Source of the DNA: Alphaproteobacteria bacterium | Lineage (GTDB): Bacteria > Pseudomonadota > Alphaproteobacteria > JAGOMX01 | Assembly (NCBI GenBank): GCA_017993335.1 | Contig: JAGOMX010000001.1 | Span: forward strand, 4,863 to 68,862 | Direction of reading: 5' to 3' | DNA: 64,000 nucleotides | Part shown: positions 28,674 to 39,600 of the stretch, one piece after another | Numbering within the stretch: the stretch's first letter is position 1 | How the letters are laid out: every line of letters begins with the position of its first letter | The notes under the pieces: model-generated | Database searches by the model: none | Seen by the model: the letters and a program-made list of their open reading frames with translations, nothing else | What the model was told of the DNA's origin: nothing | Position numbers and translations under genes: made by a program

Positions 28674-30980
28674 TTATGCTGCTGTAGAGGCTGCGCCACG
28701 ATTTAACTCTTTTTTCCTTTTTTGTGCTTCGACAACAGACAAGGCTGTCATGTTCACAATTCTTCGAACTGTAGCCGACGGCGTCAATACGTGAGCTGGT
28801 TTATCTAACCCTAATATAATCGGCCCGATGGAATGCCCGCCCATAGTTGACTTGACTAAATTCAGGGCGATATTCGCAGCATCTATATTCGGCATAATGA
28901 GCAAATTCGCCATGCCTTGCAAGGTTGAGTTTGGAAATATTTTTTCGCGAATGGCTGGATCTATAGCTGCATCTGCCTGCATTTCGCCATCAATCTCGAG
29001 ATCAGGTGCCATTTCTCGAATATACTGTAGAGCTTTTTTCATTTTTACAGAAGAGTCACTATCCACAGTTCCAAAGTTAGAATGAGACAAAAGTGCAATC
29101 TTTGGTTCGATCCCAAAATCACGCATTTTTTCTGCGGCAAGCAGTGTGTTTTCTGCTATTTCTTCGGCGGTAGGATTTGCATTCACATAAGCATCACTTA
29201 AGAAAAACGTACCCTTATCTGTGATGAGAACTGACATGGAGGCGGCAGCTTGTGCCTTTTTACATAAGCCTATAATTGGCTTTACATTCTCCAGATGCAC
29301 CGGAAATTGGCCAATTGGTCCAGCAATCATAGCATCGGCTTCTTGTCGATGAACCATCAATGCGGCTATGACCGTTGTGTTGGTGCGTACAATGGTTCTG
29401 GCATATTCAGGAGATACACCATTTCGTCGCATTTGCTTGTGGTAGGTTAATGTGTAGGCCTTGTAACGCGGATCATCTTGTGGATCCACCAGGACAAAGT
29501 CTTCATCCAATTTTAATCGTAACCCTAATTTAGCAATACGATTGAGAACCACATCTTGCCTACCGATAAGAATGGGATGGGCCAATTTTTCATCAACCAC
29601 CACCTGTACCGCGCGCAGAACTTTTTCATCCTCTCCTTCCGCATAGACAACCCGTTTGGGATTTTCCATGGCCCTTATAAAAATGGGTTTCATCACCAAG
29701 ACAGAGCGGAAAACAAATTCGGATAATTTTTGCCTATAGGCGACAAAATCAGTTATGGGTCGAGTGGCAACACCTGTGTCCATGGCTGCTTTTGCTACGG
29801 CTTGAGGGATTTCAATAATCAGTCTTGGATCAAAAGGTTTTGGAATAATGTATTCAGGACCAAACTGTAATTCTTTGCCATTATAAGCGCTAGCCACCAC
29901 ATCGGAAGGTTCGGCCTGCGCCAAATTACAGATCGCCTGAACACAAGCCATCATCATTTCCTTGTTGATGCATGTGGCACCCACATCCAGGGCGCCGCGG
30001 AATATATAAGGAAAGCATAGGACGTTATTGACTTGATTGGGATGATCGGATCTTCCAGTGGCAACAATTGCATCGGGTCTGGCTTGTTTTGCAACAATTG
30101 GGTCTATTTCTGGATTCGGATTCGCCAGAGCCAGTATAATGGGTCTGTCGGCCATTTTTTTGACCATTTCAGCAGTAAGAACATTGGCTGCGGATACCCC
30201 TAAAAATAGGTCTGCGCCATCTATTGCATCATTCAATGTTCGATGGGTCGTCTTTATACAATAACGAGCTTTATATTTATCTAAAGTGCCTTCACGACCC
30301 TCATAGATCACCCCGTTTAAATCCACCATAATAATGTTTTCTTTTTGCAAGCCCAACGCAACCAGAAGGTCAACACAAGCAATAGCCGCCGCACCCGCAC
30401 CAGAACAGACAAGCTTAACCTGTTGAATCTCTTTGCCCACAAGTTTTAAACCATTGAGCATGGCGGCCGCTGTTATAATGGCTGTCCCATGTTGATCGTC
30501 GTGAAAAACAGGGATTTTTAACCTTTCTTTTAAGCGCTCCTCTACATAAAAGCATTCAGGTGCCTTAATATCTTCTAGATTTATAGCGCCAAAAGTTGGT
30601 TCAAGACTGGCAATAATATCTACAAGCTTTTCAGGGTTTTCTTCATTAATTTCAATATCAAATACGTCTATGTTCGCAAACTTCTTAAAAAGAACGGCTT
30701 TTCCTTCCATAACAGGTTTAGCTGCCAAGGGACCGATAGACCCTAGTCCTAACACAGCGGTTCCATTGGTAATAACACCAACTAAATTACCCCGTGAGGT
30801 TAAATTTATGGCCTGGGTCTCATCCTTTGTTATTTCTTCGCAAGCAGCCGCAACCCCTGGAGAATAGGCCAGCGCCAGGTCTCGTTGGGTTGCAAGTGGC
30901 TTTGTGGCTGTAATCGCCAGCTTACCCGGAGTAGGGTATCGGTGATAATCCAAAGCGCTTTCATAGAGCTGGCTGACCAT
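28674..30980 (-). CDS. maeB: NADP-dependent malic enzyme (malic enzyme domain fused to phosphotransacetylase-like domain)
   Basis: 768 aa. Malic enzyme N-terminus with VCSGAGAAAIA NAD(P) fold, plus a PTA-like C-terminal half. Confidence 0.9.
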   Translation of the reverse strand: MVSQLYESALDYHRYPTPGKLAITATKPLATQRDLALAYSPGVAAACEEITKDETQAINLTSRGNLVGVITNGTAVLGLGSIGPLAAKPVMEGKAVLFKKFANIDVFDIEINEENPEKLVDIIASLEPTFGAINLEDIKAPECFYVEERLKERLKIPVFHDDQHGTAIITAAAMLNGLKLVGKEIQQVKLVCSGAGAAAIACVDLLVALGLQKENIIMVDLNGVIYEGREGTLDKYKARYCIKTTHRTLNDAIDGADLFLGVSAANVLTAEMVKKMADRPIILALANPNPEIDPIVAKQARPDAIVATGRSDHPNQVNNVLCFPYIFRGALDVGATCINKEMMMACVQAICNLAQAEPSDVVASAYNGKELQFGPEYIIPKPFDPRLIIEIPQAVAKAAMDTGVATRPITDFVAYRQKLSEFVFRSVLVMKPIFIRAMENPKRVVYAEGEDEKVLRAVQVVVDEKLAHPILIGRQDVVLNRIAKLGLRLKLDEDFVLVDPQDDPRYKAYTLTYHKQMRRNGVSPEYARTIVRTNTTVIAALMVHRQEADAMIAGPIGQFPVHLENVKPIIGLCKKAQAAASMSVLITDKGTFFLSDAYVNANPTAEEIAENTLLAAEKMRDFGIEPKIALLSHSNFGTVDSDSSVKMKKALQYIREMAPDLEIDGEMQADAAIDPAIREKIFPNSTLQGMANLLIMPNIDAANIALNLVKSTMGGHSIGPIILGLDKPAHVLTPSATVRRIVNMTALSVVEAQKRKKELNRGAASTAA

Positions 30981-31153
30981 AGTAAATTCCAGTTTAAAAT
31001 TAAGTGTATTGAATTATAGCACGTTGCATCTGAACCTGCATAAAATTTATTGACAGATCAAGAGGCTTGTCAAAAAAAAATCGATTCTTTACAAGACGTG
31101 TAAAAAATATCATAACTTAGACTTCCGTTTAAAATAAGGGATTTTTAAGTAGA

Positions 31154-31597
31154 ATGCCTACATTTATAAACTTAAGTTGGACACAAATCGAAAACGATGC
31201 TCATGCCTTGGCGGATAAGTTAATCCAGTCTCAATTAAAATGGGATGGAATTATAGCTATAGCAAGAGGAGGACTCGTCCCGGCAACTATATTATCTCAT
31301 AGATTGAACATCCATTGGCTAGATACACTGTGCTTAAGTAGCTACAATGATGTAACAAAAAAACAAGGATCTTTGCGTGTCCTTAAAGAATTCAAAAGCG
31401 ATAGCGACAAATTATTGGTTGTTGATGATTTGGTGGATACAGGGGAAACTTTTTTAAAAGTTAGAGACATGCTGCCAAAAGCACATTTTTCCTGTCTTTA
31501 TGCTAAAAAACCCGGCATATCGACCGTTGACACATACACGTTAAAAGTCCCTTCCGATAGTTGGCTGGTGTTCCCCTGGGAGGAAAGTGACACATAG
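31154..31597 (+). CDS. gpt: xanthine-guanine phosphoribosyltransferase
   Basis: Collinear with E. coli Gpt (IIAIARGGLVPA, LVVDDLVDTGET PRPP motif, KAHF). Confidence 0.85.
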   Translation: MPTFINLSWTQIENDAHALADKLIQSQLKWDGIIAIARGGLVPATILSHRLNIHWLDTLCLSSYNDVTKKQGSLRVLKEFKSDSDKLLVVDDLVDTGETFLKVRDMLPKAHFSCLYAKKPGISTVDTYTLKVPSDSWLVFPWEESDT

Positions 31598-31600
31598 AGA

Positions 31601-31737
31601 CCATTTCAAAACGTCTTTTTTGGGTGATTTCGTCGTCAAGGTTCCGCTTCCGGTGCTCACGTACGAAGAGGTACGCTGCGCTCCGGTTCTCACCTTTCCT
31701 ATAAATCCCTCCAAAAAAGACGTTTTGAAATGGCCTC
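31601..31737. repeat. 137-bp MITE-like element copy 1 with perfect 23-bp terminal inverted repeats
   Basis: ccatttcaaaacgtcttttttgg ... ccaaaaaagacgttttgaaatgg. Second copy at 41966..42102, ~95% identical, same orientation. Confidence 0.75.
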
Positions 31738-31861
31738 ACATAAAATAAAAAAAATCAGTTTTGCAGCCATCTTCACGAAATATTTATATTTTTATGTTGA
31801 GATATTTAACTAGGCGTATAGGATTGTGATAACGTATTTAAGGTAAGGATGGATCCCACAC

Positions 31862-33163
31862 ATGCAGCATAAATTAACTTTATCTTTTATTGGTTTTGCC
31901 TTAATCCCGCTTTTAATTGTTTTGCAATGGGCGGTTACGTATATAGGCAGGGATCAAAACCAAAATCTGTCTCAAGATACAATTCAGCTGGTTGAGAAAC
32001 AAATTTTTCTACAAACTCAGGAACGGGTTCGGGATTTAGAATCTATCTCGCTATCTGAAGTTTTTTGGGAAAGCAAAAAGAATGATTTGGATTCGATGCG
32101 CTTGGATTTCAAGAAATATAGCGACGCCTTAATGTTCACACACCCAGACTATCGTTTGATCATGCTCGTTAACGAAAAAGGTCGTGTTTTAACGATTAAT
32201 AGTAAGGATAGCAAGGGGAATCCGCTGGACACAAATACACTGCTTGGCAAAAGTTTTGATCGCTCCAGCTGGTTCCAAAAAGCCTTGTCGACGAAGGGTG
32301 TTTTTATTGAGTCTCCTCGGGAATTAGAATACATAAATAGTCTATATGCACCGGCAAAATCCAAGTATTTACCTGTTGTTAAGTCCATACGCAATGAAAT
32401 GGATGAGGTAAAAGGCGTTTGGGTTATCTTCGTTGAAGCTTCATTTTTAACGGATATCCTTAATGTCGCAGCTTTGCACATCGAAACGCCTTACAAATTA
32501 GGCGTTTATGATGGGTTAGGTAATCCTTTAGCCGAAATAGATACATTCAAAAAAGAGCCCCTTGAAAATATAGATGTACAAAAAAACGATTTTAATTTCT
32601 TAGGACAAAACTGGACGGTACAAGCCTATATCCAGGAAACGCCTTTGGTGGATTATCTGTCTTTATATCTATGGCCGGCAGTAGCCGCCTTTGGCCTTAT
32701 ACTGTTATATGCATTTGTAGCGGCCAGACGTTTTGTTATTCCGCTTCAGCGCCTGGTTTGTGCAGCCGAATTGATTCTAAAAGGCAACTTTAGTTTTGGT
32801 GTTCCTTATGCAGAGAGAACAGACGAATATGGTCGTTTATCGAGAGCTCTCTCGGATCTACAAAAATTGCGCTTATGGAAAAAGAATGAAAAAGAAAAGC
32901 CTTTAAATACATCCACGGCAGTTCAGGAAACAGCACAAAAATTGGAAGATACAACGCAACTGATTCATAGCTTGTCGGCCCAAGCCAATATGTTGGCTTT
33001 GAATGCCTCTATGGAAGCCGTTAAATCTCATCATTTAGATGAAGTGGCAGAAAAAGCCAATGATCTTGCACAAAAAACTTCTTATAGCAGTCAAGAGCTA
33101 TTGAAAAAATTAAATGAAATAAAGGTCGTTTGTGATGAAATTCAAAACCAGGAAAAGTCATAA
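31862..33163 (+). CDS. MCP-like membrane sensor with HAMP and truncated methyl-accepting signalling domain
   Basis: Two TM segments flanking a ~230-aa periplasmic region and a HAMP-like linker. C-terminal QANMLALNASMEAVKS resembles the MCP signalling-domain core, but the domain is only ~90 aa. Confidence 0.6.
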   Translation: MQHKLTLSFIGFALIPLLIVLQWAVTYIGRDQNQNLSQDTIQLVEKQIFLQTQERVRDLESISLSEVFWESKKNDLDSMRLDFKKYSDALMFTHPDYRLIMLVNEKGRVLTINSKDSKGNPLDTNTLLGKSFDRSSWFQKALSTKGVFIESPRELEYINSLYAPAKSKYLPVVKSIRNEMDEVKGVWVIFVEASFLTDILNVAALHIETPYKLGVYDGLGNPLAEIDTFKKEPLENIDVQKNDFNFLGQNWTVQAYIQETPLVDYLSLYLWPAVAAFGLILLYAFVAARRFVIPLQRLVCAAELILKGNFSFGVPYAERTDEYGRLSRALSDLQKLRLWKKNEKEKPLNTSTAVQETAQKLEDTTQLIHSLSAQANMLALNASMEAVKSHHLDEVAEKANDLAQKTSYSSQELLKKLNEIKVVCDEIQNQEKS

Positions 33164-35119
33164 ACGCAACAATTTTGCATTGATGGCACAAATGATTGTG
33201 CTTAAAGACATCAAAACAGCCCCTAACGCTGGTGATAAGTGAATACCAATAGACCAGAAAACACCGGCCGCCAAAGGAATGGCTATGGCATTATAGCCCG
33301 TCGCCCAGATTAAGTTTTCTTGCATTTTTTTATAGCTGTTTTTGGCTAGCTTTAGGATGGTAACAACATCTTGTGGGTTGTTTTTTATTAGGATAATATC
33401 GGCGCTTTCCATGGCAATATCTGTGCCTGCCCCTATAGCAATGCCTAAGTCTGCTTGTGCAAGAGCAGGAGCATCATTCACGCCGTCCCCCACCATGGCG
33501 ACAAATCCTTTTTGTTCTTGTAGATCGCGAATGCGTATGGCTTTGGCCCCTGGAAGGACTTCGGCAACAAATTCATTGATCCCGATTTCTTCTGCAACGG
33601 CACGGGCAACAAATTTATTATCCCCGGTTAGCATAACGCAGTGTATCCCTTGTTTTTGTAAATCCGCGATGGCTTGTTTGGATTCTTCTCGAATACGATC
33701 CGACAGCGCAATGGCACCGATTACCTCTTGATTCAAGAGGAGGAAAACAATCGTTTTTCCCTGATTAAAAATAGAATTAATTTGCGTAATGTATTTATCT
33801 AAACCATTTTCTTGTAAGTATCCGGGGCTGACAATTTTAATGTCGTGACCATCTATTTTGCCCATAGCGCCAATGCCTGGCATGGTTGTGAACTCTTTTA
33901 CTTCAACTCGTTCTGATGTTTCTTGTGCGATGCTTTTTGCAAGAGGGTGTTCGGCATATTGTTCCAGGGAGGCTGCATAGGTTAATACCTGTTCTTTTGT
34001 ATAAGCCTCATTCAGGGAGATAATATCAGATACGCGGAAGTCTCCCTTTGTTAGGGTTCCTGTTTTGTCAAAGACAACCACATTAATTTGACGGGCTTTT
34101 TCAAAGGCGGAGCGATCTCGAATTAAAAAACCGTTTCGTGCCGCAATACTGGTGCTGACAGATACAACGAGTGGAATCGCCAAACCCAGGGCATGCGGGC
34201 AGGTAATAATCATAACGGTTACGGCTCTTTCCACGGCAAAAGAAAAGTTACTCGAAAACCATAGCCAGGCAATAAACGTCAGGATACCTGCCGTAATGGC
34301 TAAGAGGGTTAACCATTTCGCGGCACGATTGGCCAGGTCTTGTGTGAAAGATTTACTGGCTTGAGCTTGCCGAACAAGACGGATAACATTGGGAAGAAAA
34401 CCATTTTCTCCTACATGGGTAGCTTGAATGGTCAGGCTTCCTTCGTAGTTAATTGAGCCGCCCCAGACCGATTTTCCAATTTTTTTCTCTACCGGCGTAG
34501 ATTCTCCACTGAGCATGGATTCGTTTACAAAGGATTGGCCTTCAATGACCAGACCATCGGCAGGAATGCTTTCCCCTGGCTTAATCAAGAGGCGATCACC
34601 TTTTTGAATTTCATGTAAGAGTTTAAGATACATTTGGCCATCAGGTGCAATAAAGCGTGCCGTACGTGGTAATAAAGAGGCCAATTCATTTAAGGCACTT
34701 CCCGCTCCAAGTATCGACTTCATCTCAATCCAATGCCCTAAAAGCATGATATCAATAAGGGTTACAATTTCTAAAAAAAAGGATTCCCCTTCAACACCCA
34801 ATAAAACAGCAACGCTGTAGATGTAGGCTGTCGTGATCGCTAGGCCAATCAGTGTCATCATGCCGGGTTGTTTTTTCATCGTTTCGCTGTAGGTACCGGA
34901 TAAAAAAGGCCAGCCGCCATAAAAAAAGATGATTGAAGAGAGAATGAACACGCTGGAGGAAATAGCTATATTTACACTAAATAATTCATTGTATGGGGTT
35001 AAATCTAATAAATTAGGCAAGGCATGAATCAAAAAAATCCATAACGTTAAAAACATACAGATAAAGAATCTATCCTTGTATTTTTTAATACTATGGGCGT
35101 GATGATGGGAATGATCCAT
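33158..35119 (-). CDS. P1B-type heavy-metal ATPase, CopB-like (CPH motif, His-rich N-terminus)
   Basis: MDHSHHHAHS N-terminus. TM6 motif CPH (ITCPHALG). DKTGTLT phosphorylation site. GDGVNDAPAL. No CxxC metal-binding domain. Confidence 0.85.
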   Translation of the reverse strand: MDHSHHHAHSIKKYKDRFFICMFLTLWIFLIHALPNLLDLTPYNELFSVNIAISSSVFILSSIIFFYGGWPFLSGTYSETMKKQPGMMTLIGLAITTAYIYSVAVLLGVEGESFFLEIVTLIDIMLLGHWIEMKSILGAGSALNELASLLPRTARFIAPDGQMYLKLLHEIQKGDRLLIKPGESIPADGLVIEGQSFVNESMLSGESTPVEKKIGKSVWGGSINYEGSLTIQATHVGENGFLPNVIRLVRQAQASKSFTQDLANRAAKWLTLLAITAGILTFIAWLWFSSNFSFAVERAVTVMIITCPHALGLAIPLVVSVSTSIAARNGFLIRDRSAFEKARQINVVVFDKTGTLTKGDFRVSDIISLNEAYTKEQVLTYAASLEQYAEHPLAKSIAQETSERVEVKEFTTMPGIGAMGKIDGHDIKIVSPGYLQENGLDKYITQINSIFNQGKTIVFLLLNQEVIGAIALSDRIREESKQAIADLQKQGIHCVMLTGDNKFVARAVAEEIGINEFVAEVLPGAKAIRIRDLQEQKGFVAMVGDGVNDAPALAQADLGIAIGAGTDIAMESADIILIKNNPQDVVTILKLAKNSYKKMQENLIWATGYNAIAIPLAAGVFWSIGIHLSPALGAVLMSLSTIICAINAKLLRL

Positions 35120-35238
35120 AATTTATGCTTTCTTTATTATTTTTTATAAGGATAGCAATTTATTTCCTTCTTGTAAGAAGAAAATGAAAAATCGTTTCGA
35201 GCGAAGTAAAATATTTTTAAGGAACGTGAACAAAATCG

Positions 35239-35266
35239 TTGACGTGGTGAAATAGGTGACTATTAT
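35239..35266 (+). promoter_or_regulatory. sigma70-like promoter for tRNA-Leu (TTGACG-16bp-TATTAT)
   Basis: -35 TTGACG at 35239, -10 TATTAT at 35261, 9-10 nt before the mature tRNA 5' end. Confidence 0.4.
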
Positions 35267-35275
35267 GCACCTATT

Positions 35276-35362
35276 GCCCCTGTGGCGGAACTGGTAGACG
35301 CGGCAGACTCAAAATCTGTTGATTTTACGATCGTGGGAGTTCGAGTCTCCCCGGGGGCACCA
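35276..35362 (+). tRNA. tRNA-Leu (anticodon CAA)
   Basis: 87-nt cloverleaf. 7-bp acceptor stem GCCCCTG/CGGGGGC, anticodon loop CUCAAAA, long variable arm, GTTCGAGT T-loop, encoded CCA. Confidence 0.9.
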
Positions 35363-35386
35363 CCTTATTTTTCCGATAACGATTTT

Positions 35387-36565
35387 CTAACAAACTTCAA
35401 ACAAGCCAGCTGCGCCTTGTCCTCCACCGATGCACATGGTTGCCACCACATATTTAACACCTCTGCGTTTGCCTTCTATTAAGGCGTGACCAACGATACG
35501 AGAGCCTGTAACACCGTAAGGGTGGCCGACGGCAATAGACCCACCATTTACATTCAGAAGTTCATCCGGGATTCCTAGTTTATCGCGGCAATAGATGACT
35601 TGTACGGCAAAGGCTTCATTTAATTCCCATAAGCCGATATCTTTCATTTGCAGACCAGCATTTTTCAATAGCTTTGGTATAGCGAAAACAGGCCCTATGC
35701 CCATTTCATCGGGTTCACAACCAGCGACGGCAAAGCCCCGAAATATTCCTAAAGGCTCAATCCCTCTTTGTTCGGCAAGTTTTGAATTCATAATGACGCA
35801 GGCAGAAGAGCCATCAGAAAATTGGCTAGCATTTCCTGCAGAAATCACCCCACCAGGGATGGCCGGTTTAATCTTGGATACACCTTCTAATGTCGTATCT
35901 GCACGTACGCCTTCATCAGAAGATATGGTCACTTCTTTCATAAGGATTTCCCCGGTTTCTTTATCGGTGACCCCCATAATTGTGGTGACGGGAACGATTT
36001 CCGCATCAAATTTTCCCGCAGCTTGTGCGGCTGCCGTGCGGAGTTGGCTTCTGACGCCATACTCATCCATAACATCCCGTGAGATATTATAGCGTTTGGC
36101 CACTTGTTCGGCGGTTTGTAGCATGGTCCAATAGATCTCGGGCTTATGTTCACTTAAGTATGGATCCATAACCATATGGCGGTTTACCGTATTTTGTACG
36201 CATGAAATACTTTCGACGCCACCTGCAACCATTACGGGGACTTTTTCTGCTATGATTCTGCCGCTGGCAATGGCGATAGCTTGAAGACCTGAGGAACAAA
36301 AGCGATTGACGGTCATCCCGGCTGTGGTAATGGGAAGATTGGCACGTAAGGCAACTTGACGGGCTATGTTTTCTCCCGTAGAGCCTTCTGGATAGGCACA
36401 TCCCATAACCACATCATCTATTTCAGCAGGATCCACACCAGATCGCTTAACAGCCTCAGCGACGGCATAACTTCCAAGGGTTGCACCATAAGTCATATTA
36501 AAGGAACCCTTCCAGGATTTTCCTAATCCCGTACGGGCTGTTGAAACGATAACTGCATCTACCAT
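35387..36565 (-). CDS. acetyl-CoA C-acyltransferase / 3-ketoacyl-CoA thiolase
   Basis: 392 aa. Thiolase motifs [34 protein letters not shown]. Second thiolase paralog in the window. Confidence 0.9.
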   Translation of the reverse strand: MVDAVIVSTARTGLGKSWKGSFNMTYGATLGSYAVAEAVKRSGVDPAEIDDVVMGCAYPEGSTGENIARQVALRANLPITTAGMTVNRFCSSGLQAIAIASGRIIAEKVPVMVAGGVESISCVQNTVNRHMVMDPYLSEHKPEIYWTMLQTAEQVAKRYNISRDVMDEYGVRSQLRTAAAQAAGKFDAEIVPVTTIMGVTDKETGEILMKEVTISSDEGVRADTTLEGVSKIKPAIPGGVISAGNASQFSDGSSACVIMNSKLAEQRGIEPLGIFRGFAVAGCEPDEMGIGPVFAIPKLLKNAGLQMKDIGLWELNEAFAVQVIYCRDKLGIPDELLNVNGGSIAVGHPYGVTGSRIVGHALIEGKRRGVKYVVATMCIGGGQGAAGLFEVC

Positions 36566-36619
36566 GATTTATTCCCTCACATATATCTTTTATTTTATCT
36601 TTAAAAAGTTAATAACCCG

Positions 36620-39600
36620 TTATTTTTCCATCATATTTATAATGGCGTCCCAATTTTCTGGGATGCCTTCGCTGATGAGTTTCTGGCATCTGGTTACGAA
36701 AATATTGGCAACAGGATCTTCTTTACGAATGGCTATGCAGGCTTCAAAGATTTTTTTGGCCTTTGCAATGTCGCCTTTTGTATAAAGTGTAAGGGCTTTC
36801 TCAAAGGAATCAATGTAAGCATCATTCGTTTGTTTTTCCTCATAGGAAGTGGAGGGAAGAACTTCATAGATTGTCATCGCTTTCGTTTTACCTTTAACGC
36901 GTATTTTATCTATTTTTCGAATACTAAATCGGGATGCATCCATAAGTTTATCGTAAGTGGCATCGCTGATTAATAGTTGTGTACCATACATTTTGTTTAA
37001 TCCCTCAATACGGGAAGCGCCATTGACCATATCGCTGACGACGTTGGCTTCGATGCGTTCTTCTTCTCCCAGGGCACAAAGCATGGCTGGTCCTGTATTA
37101 ACGCCAACACCCATCAGGATGCTTGCAAATCCTGCATCGTTAATTTCTTGGTTAAATAAGGGTATAGCTTGTAGCATTTCTACCGCTGCTTGTACGGCAT
37201 CTTGGGATGGGCCGGGGAATAGGGCAAGAATACCATCGCCCAGAACACGATTAATAAATCCATTGTTTTGCCGAATGATAGGAGCCATGTATTTGAGGTA
37301 AGTATTGAGTATGTATGTTAGTTGCTCTGGCTCGATAGCTTCAGATATGGATGTAAAGTCTCGTAGATCTGCAAAAATCGCCGACATTTCAGATTTTGCG
37401 CTATCCCCTATTTGGACTTCTTCAATATTTTTTCTCCCTAAAAGCTGTAAGAACTTTTTCGGAACGAATCTCTCGGTAGCATGAAACAATTGTTGAGTAT
37501 GTTCTAGATAGCGTGCATTTTCCAGTGAAATGGCTATTTGAGTGGAAAGAGTCGAGAGAATTTGGACCCTGTCTGGAGTAAAGGCTTGTGTGGTTAGATT
37601 ATTCTCCAGGTATAAAATAGCCGTAACTTTTTTGTCGCGCAATATAGGAATGCATAGAGCGGATTTAGGTTTGTTTTTTTGTACGTACTCTAGTTTTGCA
37701 TATTTTTCATCGGCACTGATGTCTGAGATAACTTCGGGGCTGCCGGATCTTATGGTGTAGGTTATTAAACCTTCCGGCACAGAGGTGCTTTTTTGAAGAG
37801 GTTCGATAATCTGGCGTACATCGAATGTATCTTTATTCATTTCGGCAATTGTTTCTACCGTCCATACATCACGGCGAAGTCCAATAAAAATAGCTTTTTC
37901 GGCGCCTGCAGACTCGGTAACGACTTTTAATATTTTTGGCAGCAGCTTATCCAGTATGATTTCGCTGGAGATGGCCTGGTTGGCTTTTATCAACGACATT
38001 AAGTCTAATTCGCCCGTCATCATGGTGGTAGAAAAACCGACTGGTGTTCGAGGGGTATTCGAAAGTTTTTGTTTCTGCAGTAAAGTATGGCCATATTTTT
38101 CTTGAAGACGCTTAACTTTTAAATTGCATCCCCACTGTTCAAAAAAATAGATGGCTTCAGAGATGTAGTAGATGGCGGCCCCATGGTACCCCATTTCTAA
38201 ATTCATCTCGCCTAATCTTTCATTCGCTATCGCCGTCCATCGGGTATAAGCATTTTTCTGAGAGACCTGAATAGCGTTGTTATATAAATCAAAAGCTTCC
38301 AGAGTCTTTTTTTGAATACGCGCAAGTTCTGCTTGTCCAAGAAGATAAAGATGTAAAAAATTATCTGGATTGTGATCGGAGAATTTTTTCAGCAGAGAAA
38401 GATATTTATTAATTTCCTTTATAGACTCTGTTTTCTCCTCATCGGAGGCGCTTGGATACAATTGAGCCAAGATCATGATGGATAGCGCGTAATAAATTTG
38501 ATTGCCGATGGATGGATTGTTATAGGTCCTGCTCTGCATGGCCTGTTGAGCGGCATGTTTTGCGAGTTTAAATTCTTCCTCAAAATAATAATTAAATACG
38601 GAAAATAGCCCAAAATCATTTTGTGTCGCCGGAAGAGATTTGCTGACATCGTCTAATGAAAGAGTTTTTTCATCCAGCATGTGTTGTGCACAAATATAAA
38701 CATGCTGAGCCGCATCTATAATATTTTGCATGCGCAAACGATTGCCGATTCGGACATATTCGTTCGCCTTGTTTTTTAGATCTGCCAGTGGGAGATCGGA
38801 AAAGTTACAAAACTCTAAATTTGCATTTATAGACCAGGGAAGATAAGTAAAAGAACCTGTTTCGACCATAGTCTGAATACTTGGCTCAATATCTTGAATC
38901 ATATCCTTTATTTTAGAAAAATAAGCCGCTGTTCGCGTCGATCGGGAGGTGAAAAGAGCTTTTATGGATGCGGGAAAATGCCTGGTTTTTAAGACAGACA
39001 TGCCTCCTTGCCATATGGTCTCGTAACTTTTTAAACTTCCTGTCACCTGGTATTGAATGCGAGCTCTTGAATCTATTAATTGATAGAGAATGTTATCATC
39101 GACGCCATTCTTTTCAAAATAGACCGCGACTCGCATGGTTGCACAATTGGGGAATGTGATGTTACCTCTAAATATGGAGGCAGAGGCCCCTAAAAACAAG
39201 ATGTCCGCCAATACGGCTGTTCGTTCTATATCTGCAGGTTCATTGGTAATTCGCTTAAAAGAAAGAATTTTATTGACGAATGTGCTACCACTTTTGTATC
39301 TCAGGAAGTATTTCATAAACTCATAATAAAATTCTAACATGGATGGATTAAGGGAGATGTCGATGCCAATGATTTTTGTGCCCTTAACTTCCATGCTGAC
39401 AGTTTCTTGGTAATTGCCTAAAGCATTATTGATTTTCATTAAGGATCGATAAACATAGGCGCCTTGTAGGCCCCGTAGTTTTTTTTCTAACAATTTTTGC
39501 CCTTGAGTACGGGCATCTTGATAATCACCTTGTAGATATAAGCACTCTACATATTCTAAATTTAAATGAAAATGTAGTTTGTGGTTTTTATCCCAATCCA

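Noticed and set aside
30981-31153. Partial palindrome ttgacagatcaagaggcttgtcaa in the divergent maeB/gpt promoter region
   Set aside because: The half-sites differ by an indel and no known operator consensus was recognised. Possibly just a -35 TTGACA plus chance symmetry; noted but not called.
31503-31739. 78-aa ORF on the minus strand covering MITE-like copy 1
   Set aside because: Runs through a palindromic repeat and into the gpt 3' end; Arg/Lys-rich nonsense translation. The repeat explains the open frame.
35595-36401. ORFs of 71 to 165 aa on both strands inside the second thiolase gene
   Set aside because: Alternative or antisense frames within a CDS that has strong thiolase motifs; compositionally biased (Ser/Pro/Arg-rich).
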